The notes: generated from the sequence alone by a model not told the origin. Shown: positions 34,410 to 44,361, counted from the stretch's first letter. The stretch: DNA of 49,931 nucleotides from an uncultured Acidobacteriota bacterium (GCA_964586535.1 CAZPJJ010000001.1:1-49931), one strand, 5' to 3'. Made by a program: numbers and translations.

Positions 34410-35339
34410 ATGAACGCGCTGATGTCCCGGCTGGAGTCGTTGAAGGTGGGGGAGGCGGTGGCCGCCATCGACGGTGTCGCGTGGTTTCCGCTACTCGCGG
34501 CCGCGATCGAGAATCCGTTCTACCTGACGCTGGTGGAGGCGGTCGGGAAAGGCGGCTTCGTCGTGACCGAGGTGTCGGCGGGTGGCGTCGTCAACACTCT
34601 CCAGGCCCGCAACGATCTCGACGTGCCGGTGCTGATCCTCGACGGCGAGCAACTGATCGGGGCGAAGCAGAACCGCATCGTCAACCTCTCGATCCTGGTG
34701 CCCGCGCGGGCGACGATCTCGCTGCCGGTATCGTGCGTGGAGCGCGGCCGCTGGGCGTGGAAGAGCGAGTCGTTCGACGTCTCGGAGCACCACATGCCGG
34801 TCTCGATGCGAGCGGCGAAGAGCTTTCGAGTGAGCGAGAACCTGCGCGAGCAGGGGCGGCCCGATGCGGAGCAGGGCGCGGTTTGGCAGGAGGCGTCGAA
34901 CTTGCTCTTCTCGCTGGACTGCCTGTCGTCGACCGACGCGGTCGAGGAGGCGTTCGTGTCGCGACGCGAGCAGATCGGACGCGTCGAGAGGGAACTCGTC
35001 CCGAGCGCGCTCCAGGTGGGGGCGCTCTTCGCCGTGGGAGGCGTGGTGCGCGGTCTCGACGTCTTCGACGCGCAGTCGACCTTCCATCGCCACGCGCCGA
35101 AGATCGTGCGCAGCTACGCGCTCGAGGCGGCGCGCCGGCGCGGCCGATCGCAGGCGGAGCCTCCTGCCGAGAGCGCCGCGACGCGATTCCTCGAGACGCT
35201 CGCTGAGGCGCGGCTTCGCTCCTACGACGTCGTCGGCGAGGGCCGCCAGTGGCGCATCGAGCACCCCGAACTCGGCGGCGAAGTCCTCGTCGCCGGCGAC
35301 ACCGTCGTCCACGCCAGCATCTTCCGCGACCTTCGCTGA
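34410..35339 (+). CDS. ARPP-1/DUF6569-like protein (uncharacterised)
   Basis: The ATG at 34410 is preceded by GAGGAGG plus 5 nt. The block VPVLILDGEQLIGAKQNRIVNLSILVPARATISLPVSCVERGRW matches my recollection of the ARPP-1 (DUF6569) signature. The family call is from memory and needs an HMM check. Confidence 0.55.
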   Translation: MNALMSRLESLKVGEAVAAIDGVAWFPLLAAAIENPFYLTLVEAVGKGGFVVTEVSAGGVVNTLQARNDLDVPVLILDGEQLIGAKQNRIVNLSILVPARATISLPVSCVERGRWAWKSESFDVSEHHMPVSMRAAKSFRVSENLREQGRPDAEQGAVWQEASNLLFSLDCLSSTDAVEEAFVSRREQIGRVERELVPSALQVGALFAVGGVVRGLDVFDAQSTFHRHAPKIVRSYALEAARRRGRSQAEPPAESAATRFLETLAEARLRSYDVVGEGRQWRIEHPELGGEVLVAGDTVVHASIFRDLR

Positions 35340-35353
35340 CCCGCTCTCCCCAT

Positions 35354-35434
35354 GGGGACAGTCGACTTAGGGGGACAGGCACCCTAAGTCGCCTGTCCCC
35401 CTAAGTCGCCTGTCCCCCTAAGTCGCCTGTCCCC
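35354..35434. repeat. 17-bp tandem repeat x3 preceded by 1.6 inverted copies (multi-hairpin element between convergent genes)
   Basis: CTAAGTCGCCTGTCCCC occurs at 35384, 35401 and 35418 (perfect copies). The inverted copy GGGGACAGTCGACTTAG lies at 35354-35370 (1 mismatch). A partial inverted copy GGGGACAGGC lies at 35371-35380. Confidence 0.85.
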
Positions 35435-35445
35435 AGGGGGGAGGA

Positions 35446-36612
35446 TCAGGAGAGGGCGTGGTCGAGGTCGGAGAGGAGGTCGTCGAGGGTTTCGATGCCG
35501 ACGGAGAGGCGGATGAGGTCCTCGGTGATGCCGATCTTGACCTTCTCGTCGGCGGGGATGGCGCCATGGGTCATGGTGAAGGGGTAGCAGGTGAGCGACT
35601 CGACGCCGCCGAGGCTCTCGGCGAGGGCGAAGAGGTGGACGCGATCGAAGAAGCGATCGACGGCGGCGCGGCCGCCCCTGATGCGGAACGAGATCATGCC
35701 GGGAACGCCGCGCATCTGGCGCAGGGCGATCTCGTGGCCGGGATGATCGGGGAGGCCGGGGAAGAACACGCGCTCCACGCGGGGATGCTCGACGAGCATC
35801 GCGGCGATCGCGCGCGCGTTGGCCTCGTGCTGCTTCATCCGCACTTCGAGCGTCTTGACGCCACGCTGCAAAAGGAAGCAGTCGAAAGGTGACGGCACGC
35901 CGCCGGCTGCGTTCTGGTAGTAGCCGATGCGCTCGTCGAGGGAGGCGTCCGACGTGAGTACGGCGCCACCGACGACGTCGGAGTGACCGCCCAGGTACTT
36001 GGTGGCGCTGTGCACGACGAGGTCGGCGCCGAGCGCGAGCGGATTCTGCAGGTAGGGGCTCGCGAAGGTGTTGTCGAGGACGAGCAGCGTCCCCGGCCGC
36101 CGCGCCTGGGCGACCGCGGCGATGTCGATGATGTTCAGCAGCGGGTTCGTCGGCGACTCGAGCCAGATCATCTTCGTCTCGGGTCTCGCCGCGGCGACGA
36201 TCTCCGCGGCGCTCGAGGTCGCGAGGAAGCGCATCTTCAGCCCGTACTTCGCGAACACCTTGGAGAAAAGCCGATAGGTACCGCCGTAGACGTCGATTGT
36301 CGTGATGACCTCGTCGCCGGGCGCGAGCAAGTCGAGCACGGCCGCAGTCGCCGCGGATCCCGACGCGAACGAGCGTCCGAAGCGCGCCCCCTCCAGAGCG
36401 GCGAGCGTCTCCTCGAGCGAGCGCCGCGAGGGGTTGCCCGTGCGCGAGTACTCGAAGCCCTCGCGGAAGTTCCCGATACCGTCCTGCTTGAAGGTCGAGG
36501 AGTTGACGATCGGCACGACGACGGCCCCGCTGCGAGGGTCGGGCTCCTGGCCCGCATGAATCGCCCGCGTCGCGAAACCGAAGTGCTCGTTGCCTGGCTT
36601 CCGTTTTTCCAT
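35446..36612 (-). CDS. Cys/Met-metabolism PLP-dependent enzyme (cystathionine gamma-synthase/gamma-lyase/beta-lyase family)
   Basis: The PLP-lysine motif is HSATKYLGGHSDVVGG. The N-terminus FATRAIHAGQEPD is typical. The size is 388 aa. Confidence 0.85.
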   Translation of the reverse strand: MEKRKPGNEHFGFATRAIHAGQEPDPRSGAVVVPIVNSSTFKQDGIGNFREGFEYSRTGNPSRRSLEETLAALEGARFGRSFASGSAATAAVLDLLAPGDEVITTIDVYGGTYRLFSKVFAKYGLKMRFLATSSAAEIVAAARPETKMIWLESPTNPLLNIIDIAAVAQARRPGTLLVLDNTFASPYLQNPLALGADLVVHSATKYLGGHSDVVGGAVLTSDASLDERIGYYQNAAGGVPSPFDCFLLQRGVKTLEVRMKQHEANARAIAAMLVEHPRVERVFFPGLPDHPGHEIALRQMRGVPGMISFRIRGGRAAVDRFFDRVHLFALAESLGGVESLTCYPFTMTHGAIPADEKVKIGITEDLIRLSVGIETLDDLLSDLDHALS

Positions 36613-36851
36613 GCGACCTCCTCGACTCGTTCGGGCGCGGTGCGCGGCCCGCGTCCTGCCCCTCGCACCGCACTGCGCTCATCGCACCGACGTGGGGGTG
36701 GCGGCGCATTCTGCCAGACCCGTCCCGCGCGCGGCACTTACCGATTCGTTTTCTCTTGACGGTGCCTGTCACTGCATTGGACGCTCTTCGTCACGGAACC
36801 CGCGCGCGATCCACCCGATCATCCCCGCACTTTCAGGTCTGAGAGGAGAGG

Positions 36852-39800
36852 ATGAGAATGCGCGTTTCCGCCCTGGTCGCCGCCGCCGCGGCGATCGTCG
36901 TCAGCGTTGCGCCCGCCGCCCACGCGGACGCCGTCGTTCGCCAGATTGCCGACCCCGCCGATCTCATCCCGGGCCAGGTCGCCCAGGGCCAACTCGGCGA
37001 CTGGTATCTCGCCAACGATCACGTGCGGGTGATCATCGACGACATCCCCAATCCGCACGGCTTCGCCAACACCGGCGGAAACATCCTCGATGCCGCGACG
37101 CCGGCTGGCGAGGATCTCTTCGCATCGATGTTCACGCTCTTCGCGAGCACCTTCGGCCGTCAGGCCGACTACGACACCGCAACGATCGTCAACGCGGGCG
37201 GCGGCGCGAACCCCGCCGTGCTACGCGTCTCGGGCGTCGACTCGACGGATCCCTCGATCGTCGTCGTCACCGAGTACTCGCTCGGCCCGAACGACCGGTT
37301 CCTCACCGTGACGACGACGCTCACCAACAACGGCGCCCAGAGCATCTCGCAGCTCGCGGTCGGCGACGCGCTGCAGTGGGGACTGACGACGCACTTCGCG
37401 CCCGGGCACGACAACGACAACCGCAACATCCCCGGTGACGGCTACGACATCGGCGGCCTCACCTTCGACGTGCCGTGGGTCGCGGGCAATGGCCTCGGTT
37501 CGTCGTACGGCTACACGATCGCCGCGGGCGACTTCGAGCTCTCCAACGGCTCGACGTGGTCCGATCCCAACGTCACCTATCTCGACCTGCCCGCGGGCGG
37601 CGGCAGCGCCGCGTACGAGCGCTTCTTCATCATCGGCGACGGCTCGCTCTCGTCGGTGTCCGACGTCGCGCTCGCGCTGCGCGGGGTCGCGACGGGCACG
37701 CTCTCGGGCACGATCACCGAGATCGGCACGGGCCTTCCCGTGGCGAGCGCCGACATCATCATCACGACGGGCCAGTGCCTGGGTACGAATGACGCGGTCT
37801 CGAACACGATCGGCCTCTCGGCGACAGATGGCTCGTACACCGCCGATCTCGAGCCCGGCTCGTACAAGGTCCTCGTCAAAGGCACCGGTCGCAACGACTC
37901 GGCGTGCCTCGACGCGACGGTCACCTCGGGCGGATCGACGACGCTCGACGTCGCGCTCTCGCAGCAGGGCACGCTCTCGTGGAGCGTCAGCGACGGCACG
38001 AATCCGCTGCCGGCGAAGATCTCTGTTCTCTTCGGCGGGTCCAACCCCGATCGCGAAGGACCGGAACTCGGCGACACGCACACGCTGATCGGCGGCTACG
38101 CGATCCTCTCGCCCTCGGGCTCCGGCTCGACGGCGGTGCCCCCCGGCGACTACGACATCTGGGTCTCGCGCGGCGTCGAATACGAAATCCACCGCGAGTC
38201 GGTGACCGTCCCCGCGGGCGGCACGGCGACGGTGAACGCGACGCTCCAGCGCGTCGTGAACTCGACCGGCTACCTCTCAGCCGACCTGCACGTGCACGCG
38301 CTCAACTCGGCGGACTCGGGCATCCCCTACGAGGATCGCGCGCGCCAGGCCGCGGCCGAGGGGCTCGAAGTCATCGGCGCGACGGATCACGACTTCAACA
38401 CCGACATGTCGGGTGCGATCACCGCGACCGGTCTCGGCGCCTGGGTTTCGTCGATCGCCGGCAACGAGATCACGACGAACGAGTGGGGGCACTTCAACGG
38501 CTTCCCGCTGACCGTCGATCCGGGCGCGCCGCGCGGCGGGGCCATCGTTCACGAGGGCAAGCCCCCCGCCGAGATCTTCGGCGAGATCCGCGCCGACGTG
38601 AAAAATCCGGTCGTCCAGATCAACCATCCGCGCGCCGGCGGCCTCGGTTACTTCGACCTGCTCGCGCTCAACCCGATCACCGGCGAATCCGCCGAAGCGG
38701 ACTACTCCCCCGACTTCGACGCGCTCGAGGTCTTCAACGGCAAGCGTCTCGCACAGGTGGCGACGTCGCGCAACGACTGGTACCGCCTGCTCAACCGCGG
38801 CCAGCGCGTCAACGGCGTGGGCAACACCGACACGCACCAGATCTTCTCGCAGGAGATCGGCTATCCGCGCAACTTCGTGCAACTCGGTACGGACGACCCC
38901 GCGGCGCTCGACGAACAGGGCTTTGCGGATGCCGTCCGCGACGGGCGCTCGTTCTTCACGAACGGGCCCTTCGTCGAGCTCTTCGTCGAGGGCCAGCCGA
39001 TGGGCTCGCTCGTCACGGACACCGACGAGAGCGCGAGCGTGCGCGTCGTGATCCAGGCACCGGCGTGGGTCACGATCGACGCGCTCGACATCGTCGTCAA
39101 CGGCCGCATCGCGCGCAGCGAGGTCGTTCCCGCGACGGGCACCGTGCTGCGCCTCGATCAGACCTTCAGCGTGCCCCTGGTGCGCGATTCGTGGATCGCG
39201 GTCGAGGTGCGCGGGGGATCCTGCGCGACGAACTCGTCGAATCAGTGCATCGTCACCGATTGCCCGGGTCGTCTCGATCCGATCGTGCCGCCGCTCTACG
39301 GCACGGATCCCGTCTGCCCCTACGCGCACACCAACCCGGTCTGGGTCGACGTCGACGGCGACGGCACGTTCACCGCACCCGGCAACCGAGGACTCTTCGT
39401 CGAGCCGATCGCGGACGTGCGCGGCGTCGACGGTGCGGGCAACAACCAGCGCCTGGGCGAGATCGTCACCGTGCGCGGCATCGCGACGGCTCCTTCGTAT
39501 GTGTTCTCGCACCGCTCGAACACGGTCTACTTCCAGGACGAGAGCTTCGACACGACGACCAAGCGCTCGGGCGGCATCACGACCTTCCAGAGCGGCCTCA
39601 TCGACCCCGTGATCGAGATCGGCGACCTGATCGAGGTCACCGGAACGATCGAGCAGTTCTACGGTCTCACCGAGCTCACGTCGGTCGCGATCGACGTACT
39701 CGCCCGCGAGCGCCCCGTACCGACCCCGCGCCTGACGACGATCGCGGAGCTGCGCAACGCGCAGAACGACGAACAATACGAAGGCATGATCGTGCGCGTC

Positions 39801-41534
39801 AACGACGTGTCGATCGTCTCGGGTACTTGGCCGCCCGCCGGTCAAGACGCGAGCATCACGGTTACCGACCCCTCGACGTCGCAGACGATCACGCTGCGCG
39901 TCGACCAGGACACCAACATCGACGGCACGACGCAGCCGACGTCACCTTTCGACCTCGTGGCCGTGATCGGGCAGTTCAAGTTCTCGTCGCCGTATCTCGG
40001 GTTCTACCAACTGCTGCCGCGCCAGCGCATCGACATCATCGAGTCGACCGATCCGCTGCGGATCCTCCATGGGCCGGCATCGTTCCCGGTGACTTCGTGC
40101 TCGGCGACGATCGGCTGGTACACGACGAAGGCCGGCGACAGCGTCGTCGAGTACGGTACTTCGCCGGCCTACGGACAGACGGCGTCGGACGCCGCGGCGG
40201 TTCTCGCGCATCAGATCGAGCTCGCGAACCTCCTGCCCAGCACGACCTACCACTACCGCGTCGTCACGGACGGTGTGGCGTCCGCCGATCGCACGTTCAC
40301 GACCGGCGCGTCGGCGTCGCCTTCGATCATCGAGGGCCCGGTCGCGGCGCGCATCGACTCGCGGACGGTGCAGGTGCGCTGGGTGACGGACCTTCCGGCC
40401 ACGTCGGCCGTCGACTACGGCGTGACCTCCGCCTACGGCCTCACCGCCTCGACGCCCGGTACGACGACGAACCACAGCGTCACGCTCACGGATCTCGAGC
40501 CGGGTCGCGAGTATCACTTCCGCGCGACGAGCACGACGAGCGCTTGCGGGGGCGGCAGCGTGTCATCGGCCGACGCGACCTTCGCCGCGCCGCTCTGCGA
40601 GAACTTCTGCGCCGACGAGCCGGGCAACGTGCCCGAGGTCTCGGGCCGCTTCGCCGACGTGCCCTTCACGATCGCGAAGCAGGGCACGGAAGCCGTCCTG
40701 CGCTTCGAGTACCTCGGTCCTGAAACTGCCTACGAGGTCTACGCCTCGAGCGATGCGGGCGCGACGCAGGACGGCGCGTACGACGCGAAGCTCTGCGATC
40801 TCGCGGTGAACGCACTCGGAGCCTTCGCCACGGACGACGCGACCTTCGTCACCTTCACTCTGCCGCTCGCGGATCTGCCCGCGGGCCTGCTGCAGGTCGT
40901 GGCCGTACGCGGCGCAATCGAAGGCCCCTACGGCTTCGATGCGCAGGGCGTCGAGCGGGCAGGGGACACCGACAAGACAACTCCCGACGACCGCGGCTGC
41001 GGCGGCGGCGCCGTCTGCGCGACGGAGCTCTTCATTTCGGAGTACGTCGAAGGTTCGTCGAACAGCAAAGCCGTCGAGATCGCCAACTTCACCGGTGCGC
41101 CGATCGACCTGAGTGCCGGCGCCTACCAACTGCAGTTCTACTTCAACGGCTCGGTGAGCCCGGGCACGACGATCGACCTCGTCGGCGTCGTCGCCAACGG
41201 TGACGTGTGGGTGGTCGCCGACAATGACGCGGCCGCGGCGATCCTCGCCGTGGCGGATCAGCAGAGCACGGGATCGTTCTTCAACGGCGACGACGCGGTC
41301 GTCCTTCGCAAGGCGGGCGCCGTGATCGATGTCATCGGCCAGATTGGTTTCGATCCAGGATCGGAGTGGGGATCGGGTCTCGTCAGCACCGCGGACAACA
41401 CGCTGCGCCGCAAGGCGACTGTCGTGGCCGGCGACACGAACGCGAGTGATGCCTTCGATCCGGCGCTCGAATGGGACGGCTTCGCGCAGAACACCTTCGA
41501 TGGGCTCGGCGCGCACGAGGTGACCTGCCCGTGA
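36852..41534 (+). CDS. Large secreted multidomain protein: CarboxypepD_reg-like, PHP (CehA/McbA-like) metallophosphoesterase, OB-like cassettes, 2 Fn3/PAP-N-like domains, C-terminal lamin-tail domain (LTD)
   Basis: The signal peptide is [24 protein letters not shown] motifs are DLHVH, ATDHD, GNE, GHFNG, INHP and NTDTHQ. The Fn3-like repeats end in TTYHYRV and REYHFRA. The LTD is [24 protein letters not shown]...[23 protein letters not shown]...NTLRRK. ATG 36858 is an equally plausible start. Confidence 0.8.
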   Translation: MRMRVSALVAAAAAIVVSVAPAAHADAVVRQIADPADLIPGQVAQGQLGDWYLANDHVRVIIDDIPNPHGFANTGGNILDAATPAGEDLFASMFTLFASTFGRQADYDTATIVNAGGGANPAVLRVSGVDSTDPSIVVVTEYSLGPNDRFLTVTTTLTNNGAQSISQLAVGDALQWGLTTHFAPGHDNDNRNIPGDGYDIGGLTFDVPWVAGNGLGSSYGYTIAAGDFELSNGSTWSDPNVTYLDLPAGGGSAAYERFFIIGDGSLSSVSDVALALRGVATGTLSGTITEIGTGLPVASADIIITTGQCLGTNDAVSNTIGLSATDGSYTADLEPGSYKVLVKGTGRNDSACLDATVTSGGSTTLDVALSQQGTLSWSVSDGTNPLPAKISVLFGGSNPDREGPELGDTHTLIGGYAILSPSGSGSTAVPPGDYDIWVSRGVEYEIHRESVTVPAGGTATVNATLQRVVNSTGYLSADLHVHALNSADSGIPYEDRARQAAAEGLEVIGATDHDFNTDMSGAITATGLGAWVSSIAGNEITTNEWGHFNGFPLTVDPGAPRGGAIVHEGKPPAEIFGEIRADVKNPVVQINHPRAGGLGYFDLLALNPITGESAEADYSPDFDALEVFNGKRLAQVATSRNDWYRLLNRGQRVNGVGNTDTHQIFSQEIGYPRNFVQLGTDDPAALDEQGFADAVRDGRSFFTNGPFVELFVEGQPMGSLVTDTDESASVRVVIQAPAWVTIDALDIVVNGRIARSEVVPATGTVLRLDQTFSVPLVRDSWIAVEVRGGSCATNSSNQCIVTDCPGRLDPIVPPLYGTDPVCPYAHTNPVWVDVDGDGTFTAPGNRGLFVEPIADVRGVDGAGNNQRLGEIVTVRGIATAPSYVFSHRSNTVYFQDESFDTTTKRSGGITTFQSGLIDPVIEIGDLIEVTGTIEQFYGLTELTSVAIDVLARERPVPTPRLTTIAELRNAQNDEQYEGMIVRVNDVSIVSGTWPPAGQDASITVTDPSTSQTITLRVDQDTNIDGTTQPTSPFDLVAVIGQFKFSSPYLGFYQLLPRQRIDIIESTDPLRILHGPASFPVTSCSATIGWYTTKAGDSVVEYGTSPAYGQTASDAAAVLAHQIELANLLPSTTYHYRVVTDGVASADRTFTTGASASPSIIEGPVAARIDSRTVQVRWVTDLPATSAVDYGVTSAYGLTASTPGTTTNHSVTLTDLEPGREYHFRATSTTSACGGGSVSSADATFAAPLCENFCADEPGNVPEVSGRFADVPFTIAKQGTEAVLRFEYLGPETAYEVYASSDAGATQDGAYDAKLCDLAVNALGAFATDDATFVTFTLPLADLPAGLLQVVAVRGAIEGPYGFDAQGVERAGDTDKTTPDDRGCGGGAVCATELFISEYVEGSSNSKAVEIANFTGAPIDLSAGAYQLQFYFNGSVSPGTTIDLVGVVANGDVWVVADNDAAAAILAVADQQSTGSFFNGDDAVVLRKAGAVIDVIGQIGFDPGSEWGSGLVSTADNTLRRKATVVAGDTNASDAFDPALEWDGFAQNTFDGLGAHEVTCP

Positions 41535-42142
41535 CGCGCGCGAGAACCACGGCGGTTCTCTTCGCTCTGGCTCTGGTGTGGGCGGCCCTGCCCGGGCACG
41601 CCCACACCATCCACTTCCCCAAGCGCGCGGTCGTCGATGTCTTTCCCGGGCACGTCCGCGTCGGCATCACGCAGATCTACGACGGCGATGGCGCGGGCCG
41701 CGAGATCAAAGAGCGTTTCGACCGCGACGGGAGCGGCGCGATCGAAGAGAGCGAGTTCGCCGCGCTCCAGGCGTTTCTCGTGGGGCGCGCGCGGCGGTCG
41801 CTGTCGGTCTCGATCGACGGCGTGAGTGTGCCGCTCGAGATCCGTGAGCAGGTCGTCAGCGGACACGAGCGGGATTCACGCGGCGATGGCTTGCACCTGT
41901 GGCTCGTCGTCGAGGGGCGGTGGCCGCGTCAGTTGTCGGGTGCGCGACTGACGATCGCCGATTCGATTCCGGACGGCCGGCGCGAAGTCGCGCTCGAGAT
42001 CGTCGGTCACGGCGTCGAGCTGGCGGAAGCGAGCGAAGGACGAGTCGAACTCGTCGAACGCGACGAGCAGGGCGCCGTCGCGGTGCGAGGCGTCGCGGTG
42101 GGACCGGGGCAGCCGTGGAGCGCGACCGTGCGGGCTCGTTGA
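41531..42142 (+). CDS. Secreted EF-hand calcium-binding protein
   Basis: The GTG start forms a GTGA overlap with the stop of the 1560-aa gene. The signal peptide is [17 protein letters not shown]. The canonical EF-hand loop is [13 protein letters not shown]. Confidence 0.6.
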   Translation: MTRARTTAVLFALALVWAALPGHAHTIHFPKRAVVDVFPGHVRVGITQIYDGDGAGREIKERFDRDGSGAIEESEFAALQAFLVGRARRSLSVSIDGVSVPLEIREQVVSGHERDSRGDGLHLWLVVEGRWPRQLSGARLTIADSIPDGRREVALEIVGHGVELAEASEGRVELVERDEQGAVAVRGVAVGPGQPWSATVRAR

Positions 42143-42144
42143 CC

Positions 42145-42864
42145 TTAGCTTTTGCGGGGCGACTTCCGCTGACCGCTCTTGCGAGCGCTGGGTGCCTTCG
42201 GAGCGCGCTTCTTCGCGGATGCTGTCGACGCCTGGGATGTGGCGCAGTCGATCAAGAATCGATTGATCGCCACGCCACCGGGTTCGCTCCCCGTCGAAAG
42301 GAATCCCTTCTCGGCGAGAATTCGCGTGACCTTCTGCTGGTGCGCGACGAACCTCGCCTCGAGCCGCGCATCTTCGACAGGGTCTGGTGAGAGGAAGCGG
42401 AAGCCTAGGTAGCAGTCGAGGTCCATGAAGCGCCCGTCGGCGTAAAGACGAACGTGATTATCCTCGGTCATCCGGTGCGAGGAGTAGTAATCCAGATACT
42501 CTCCGGTTTCATCTTCGCCAAAGAGATACCAAATCGACCATCCGTGTCGATTGATCTGTCCGCGATCACGATTCCGCACGGCTTCCGCGGGAAGCTCGAT
42601 GCTCCAGTTGAGGAAGTCCCTTCGGAACGTTTCCTCGATGAGCGGCAGCGGAGGCCTCGCGGCTGGAGTCGACTGCGCATTCGAGTCGTCCGAAGGGCGT
42701 TGCGGTATCTCGCCGAGCGTCTGCTGAACCACTGGCGCGTCGCGCTTGGGTCGCTTCGCGCGCGGCTCTGGCTTGTTGGCCTCCGGCGGGACTCCCTTGC
42801 CGCTCGACTTCGTCGCGCGAGTCTTCGCGGTGTTCGTCGATGGGGGAGAGGGCGTTTTCTTCAT
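42145..42864 (-). CDS. Orphan hypothetical protein with Lys/Arg/Pro-rich N- and C-terminal tails, low GC
   Basis: This is a 239-aa ORF. The tails are MKKTPSPPSTNTAKTRATKSSGKG...KRPKRD and SAKKRAPKAPSARKSGQRKSPRKS. The central globular part is HGWSIWYLFGEDETGEYLDYYSSHRM. Hand-counted lines give 45-60% GC. Confidence 0.55.
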   Translation of the reverse strand: MKKTPSPPSTNTAKTRATKSSGKGVPPEANKPEPRAKRPKRDAPVVQQTLGEIPQRPSDDSNAQSTPAARPPLPLIEETFRRDFLNWSIELPAEAVRNRDRGQINRHGWSIWYLFGEDETGEYLDYYSSHRMTEDNHVRLYADGRFMDLDCYLGFRFLSPDPVEDARLEARFVAHQQKVTRILAEKGFLSTGSEPGGVAINRFLIDCATSQASTASAKKRAPKAPSARKSGQRKSPRKS

Positions 42865-43040
42865 GGTCGTGCTGATCGAGCTTTCTGCCCCGCAAAGATG
42901 CAGGGCGCGGGCGCCGCCTCGCGGCGGCTCCAGTGAGGTTGTTCTCGAGGGCCAGCGCGCGCGATCGTAGCAGCGTTGCCGGCTGCTGCGGAGCGGTCTT
43001 CGCGAGATAGAATCGCTTTCGCGACCGCCGCGGAGGATTC

Positions 43041-43607
43041 GTGATGGATCGCCCTTCCCGGGCCGGACGGCATTGCACGCTGGCCGAGTATCACTCCCTC
43101 GTCCGGGACGGCGTCCTCGAAGAGGACGAGCGCGTCCAGCTTCTGCGAGGCACGCTCGTGGCGATGAACCCTCAGGGAGTCGCCCACGCGCACGCCATAC
43201 GCGAACTCACGGAGCGTCTCGTATTGGCTGTGACCGGGCGCGCCAAGGTGCTCGTGCAGCTTCCGCTCACCCTGGGACATGACAGCGAGCCCGAACCGGA
43301 TCTGGCGATCGTCACGCTCGCGGATGCGGCGCGCGTCGATGGTCATCCGAGCGCGGCGCTACTCGTCGTGGAAGTGGCCGGGGACTCGCTCGCGCAGGAC
43401 CGCAGCGTCAAGAGCGAGATCTACGCGCGGGCGAGCATCCCGGAATACTGGATCGTCGACCTGGCCGGACGCGCCGTCGAGGTGTATCGCGATCCTGACG
43501 CGAGCGCCGGGGTCTACCGGGGAGTCTCGCGCTTCGGCGGGGAGGCGTCGCTCGCACCGCTGGCATTTCCGGACTCCTCGTTGCCGGTCGCGCCGCTCTT
43601 TCGCTGA
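43041..43607 (+). CDS. Uma2 family (DUF820) PD-(D/E)xK endonuclease
   Basis: Matching segments are EPEPDLAIV, LLVVEVAGDSLAQDRSVKSEIYARASIPEYWIVDL and the end-of-family C-terminus FPDSSLPVAPLF. ATG 43044 is the likelier start (GGAGGA plus 6 nt). Confidence 0.8.
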   Translation: MMDRPSRAGRHCTLAEYHSLVRDGVLEEDERVQLLRGTLVAMNPQGVAHAHAIRELTERLVLAVTGRAKVLVQLPLTLGHDSEPEPDLAIVTLADAARVDGHPSAALLVVEVAGDSLAQDRSVKSEIYARASIPEYWIVDLAGRAVEVYRDPDASAGVYRGVSRFGGEASLAPLAFPDSSLPVAPLFR

Positions 43608-44107
43608 TCGCGCGTCATCACGACGTCGAAACCACGACCCGCGCCCTCCCGTGAGCCTTCGACGCGCGCCGTCAGGCGGTCGGGTGCGGCGAGCATGTAG
43701 CGGATGCGCTGGGGGAAGTCGTGCGCGGGGTTCTCGAAAGTGACCGACGTCGCGGTGATCTCCGTCGCGACGAACGCCGTCTCGGCTTGACCTGACGGCG
43801 CCGCGACGTAGACCAACGAGCCGCCGGCATTGACGCGGATCTGCAGGAACTCGTGCTGCACGGTCCTGCCCCCGCGAACCGTGCGGCTCGTGCCGAGCAT
43901 CGTTCCGCCGGCAGGCGGCATCCAGCACTCCATCGAGCCGGGTTCGCTCGACTCGACGGTCCAGCAGCCGCTCATCCAGGCGAGTTGTTCGACGCCGTCA
44001 GCGCCGGTGACGGGAAGCGTTAGAGCGACGGCGACGGCGCAAGCGACGAGCGCGACGGGAGCGCGTCTCGCGCTCACGCACCCGGGACCGAAGCCTCGCG
44101 TGCTCAT
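43514..44107 (-). CDS. DUF6265-like secreted protein
   Basis: The segment SVTFENPAHDFPQRIRYMLAAPDRLTARVEG matches the family pattern as I recall it. A signal peptide follows M47 (VALVACAVAVALTLPVTGA). The start is uncertain (44107 or 44245). The 3' end overlaps the Uma2 gene. Confidence 0.55.
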   Translation of the reverse strand: MSTRGFGPGCVSARRAPVALVACAVAVALTLPVTGADGVEQLAWMSGCWTVESSEPGSMECWMPPAGGTMLGTSRTVRGGRTVQHEFLQIRVNAGGSLVYVAAPSGQAETAFVATEITATSVTFENPAHDFPQRIRYMLAAPDRLTARVEGSREGAGRGFDVVMTRDQRKSGATGNEESGNASGASDASPPKRETPR

Positions 44108-44361
44108 GCTCCGCCCGGAGAGGCATCGGCGACCGCGGGGTGCAGCCGGTGCGGGAGCGATCAAAGACCGCAGAGTGAGCGCCAAGATACCGAGAAGAAA
44201 CGAAGGAATGAGAACCAAGAACCGCCGGAACGCCTGGTGTCTCATTGCTACTCCCCCGCGGCAACGGAACGACCGTTGCTCGAAGATGGTCGGAGTCTAG
44301 TGCGACGCGACGCGGTGCGTCCAATGATCGGCATTACGGCCAGCCGCTCTTGTGCCACTGC

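Noticed and set aside
36613-36800. SAM or other riboswitch in the 5' leader of the trans-sulfuration PLP enzyme gene (minus strand).
   Set aside because: Reading the reverse complement, I could not find SAM-I or SAM-II conserved core motifs or a convincing terminator/antiterminator pair. A covariance-model scan (Rfam/Infernal) would be needed to exclude one fully.
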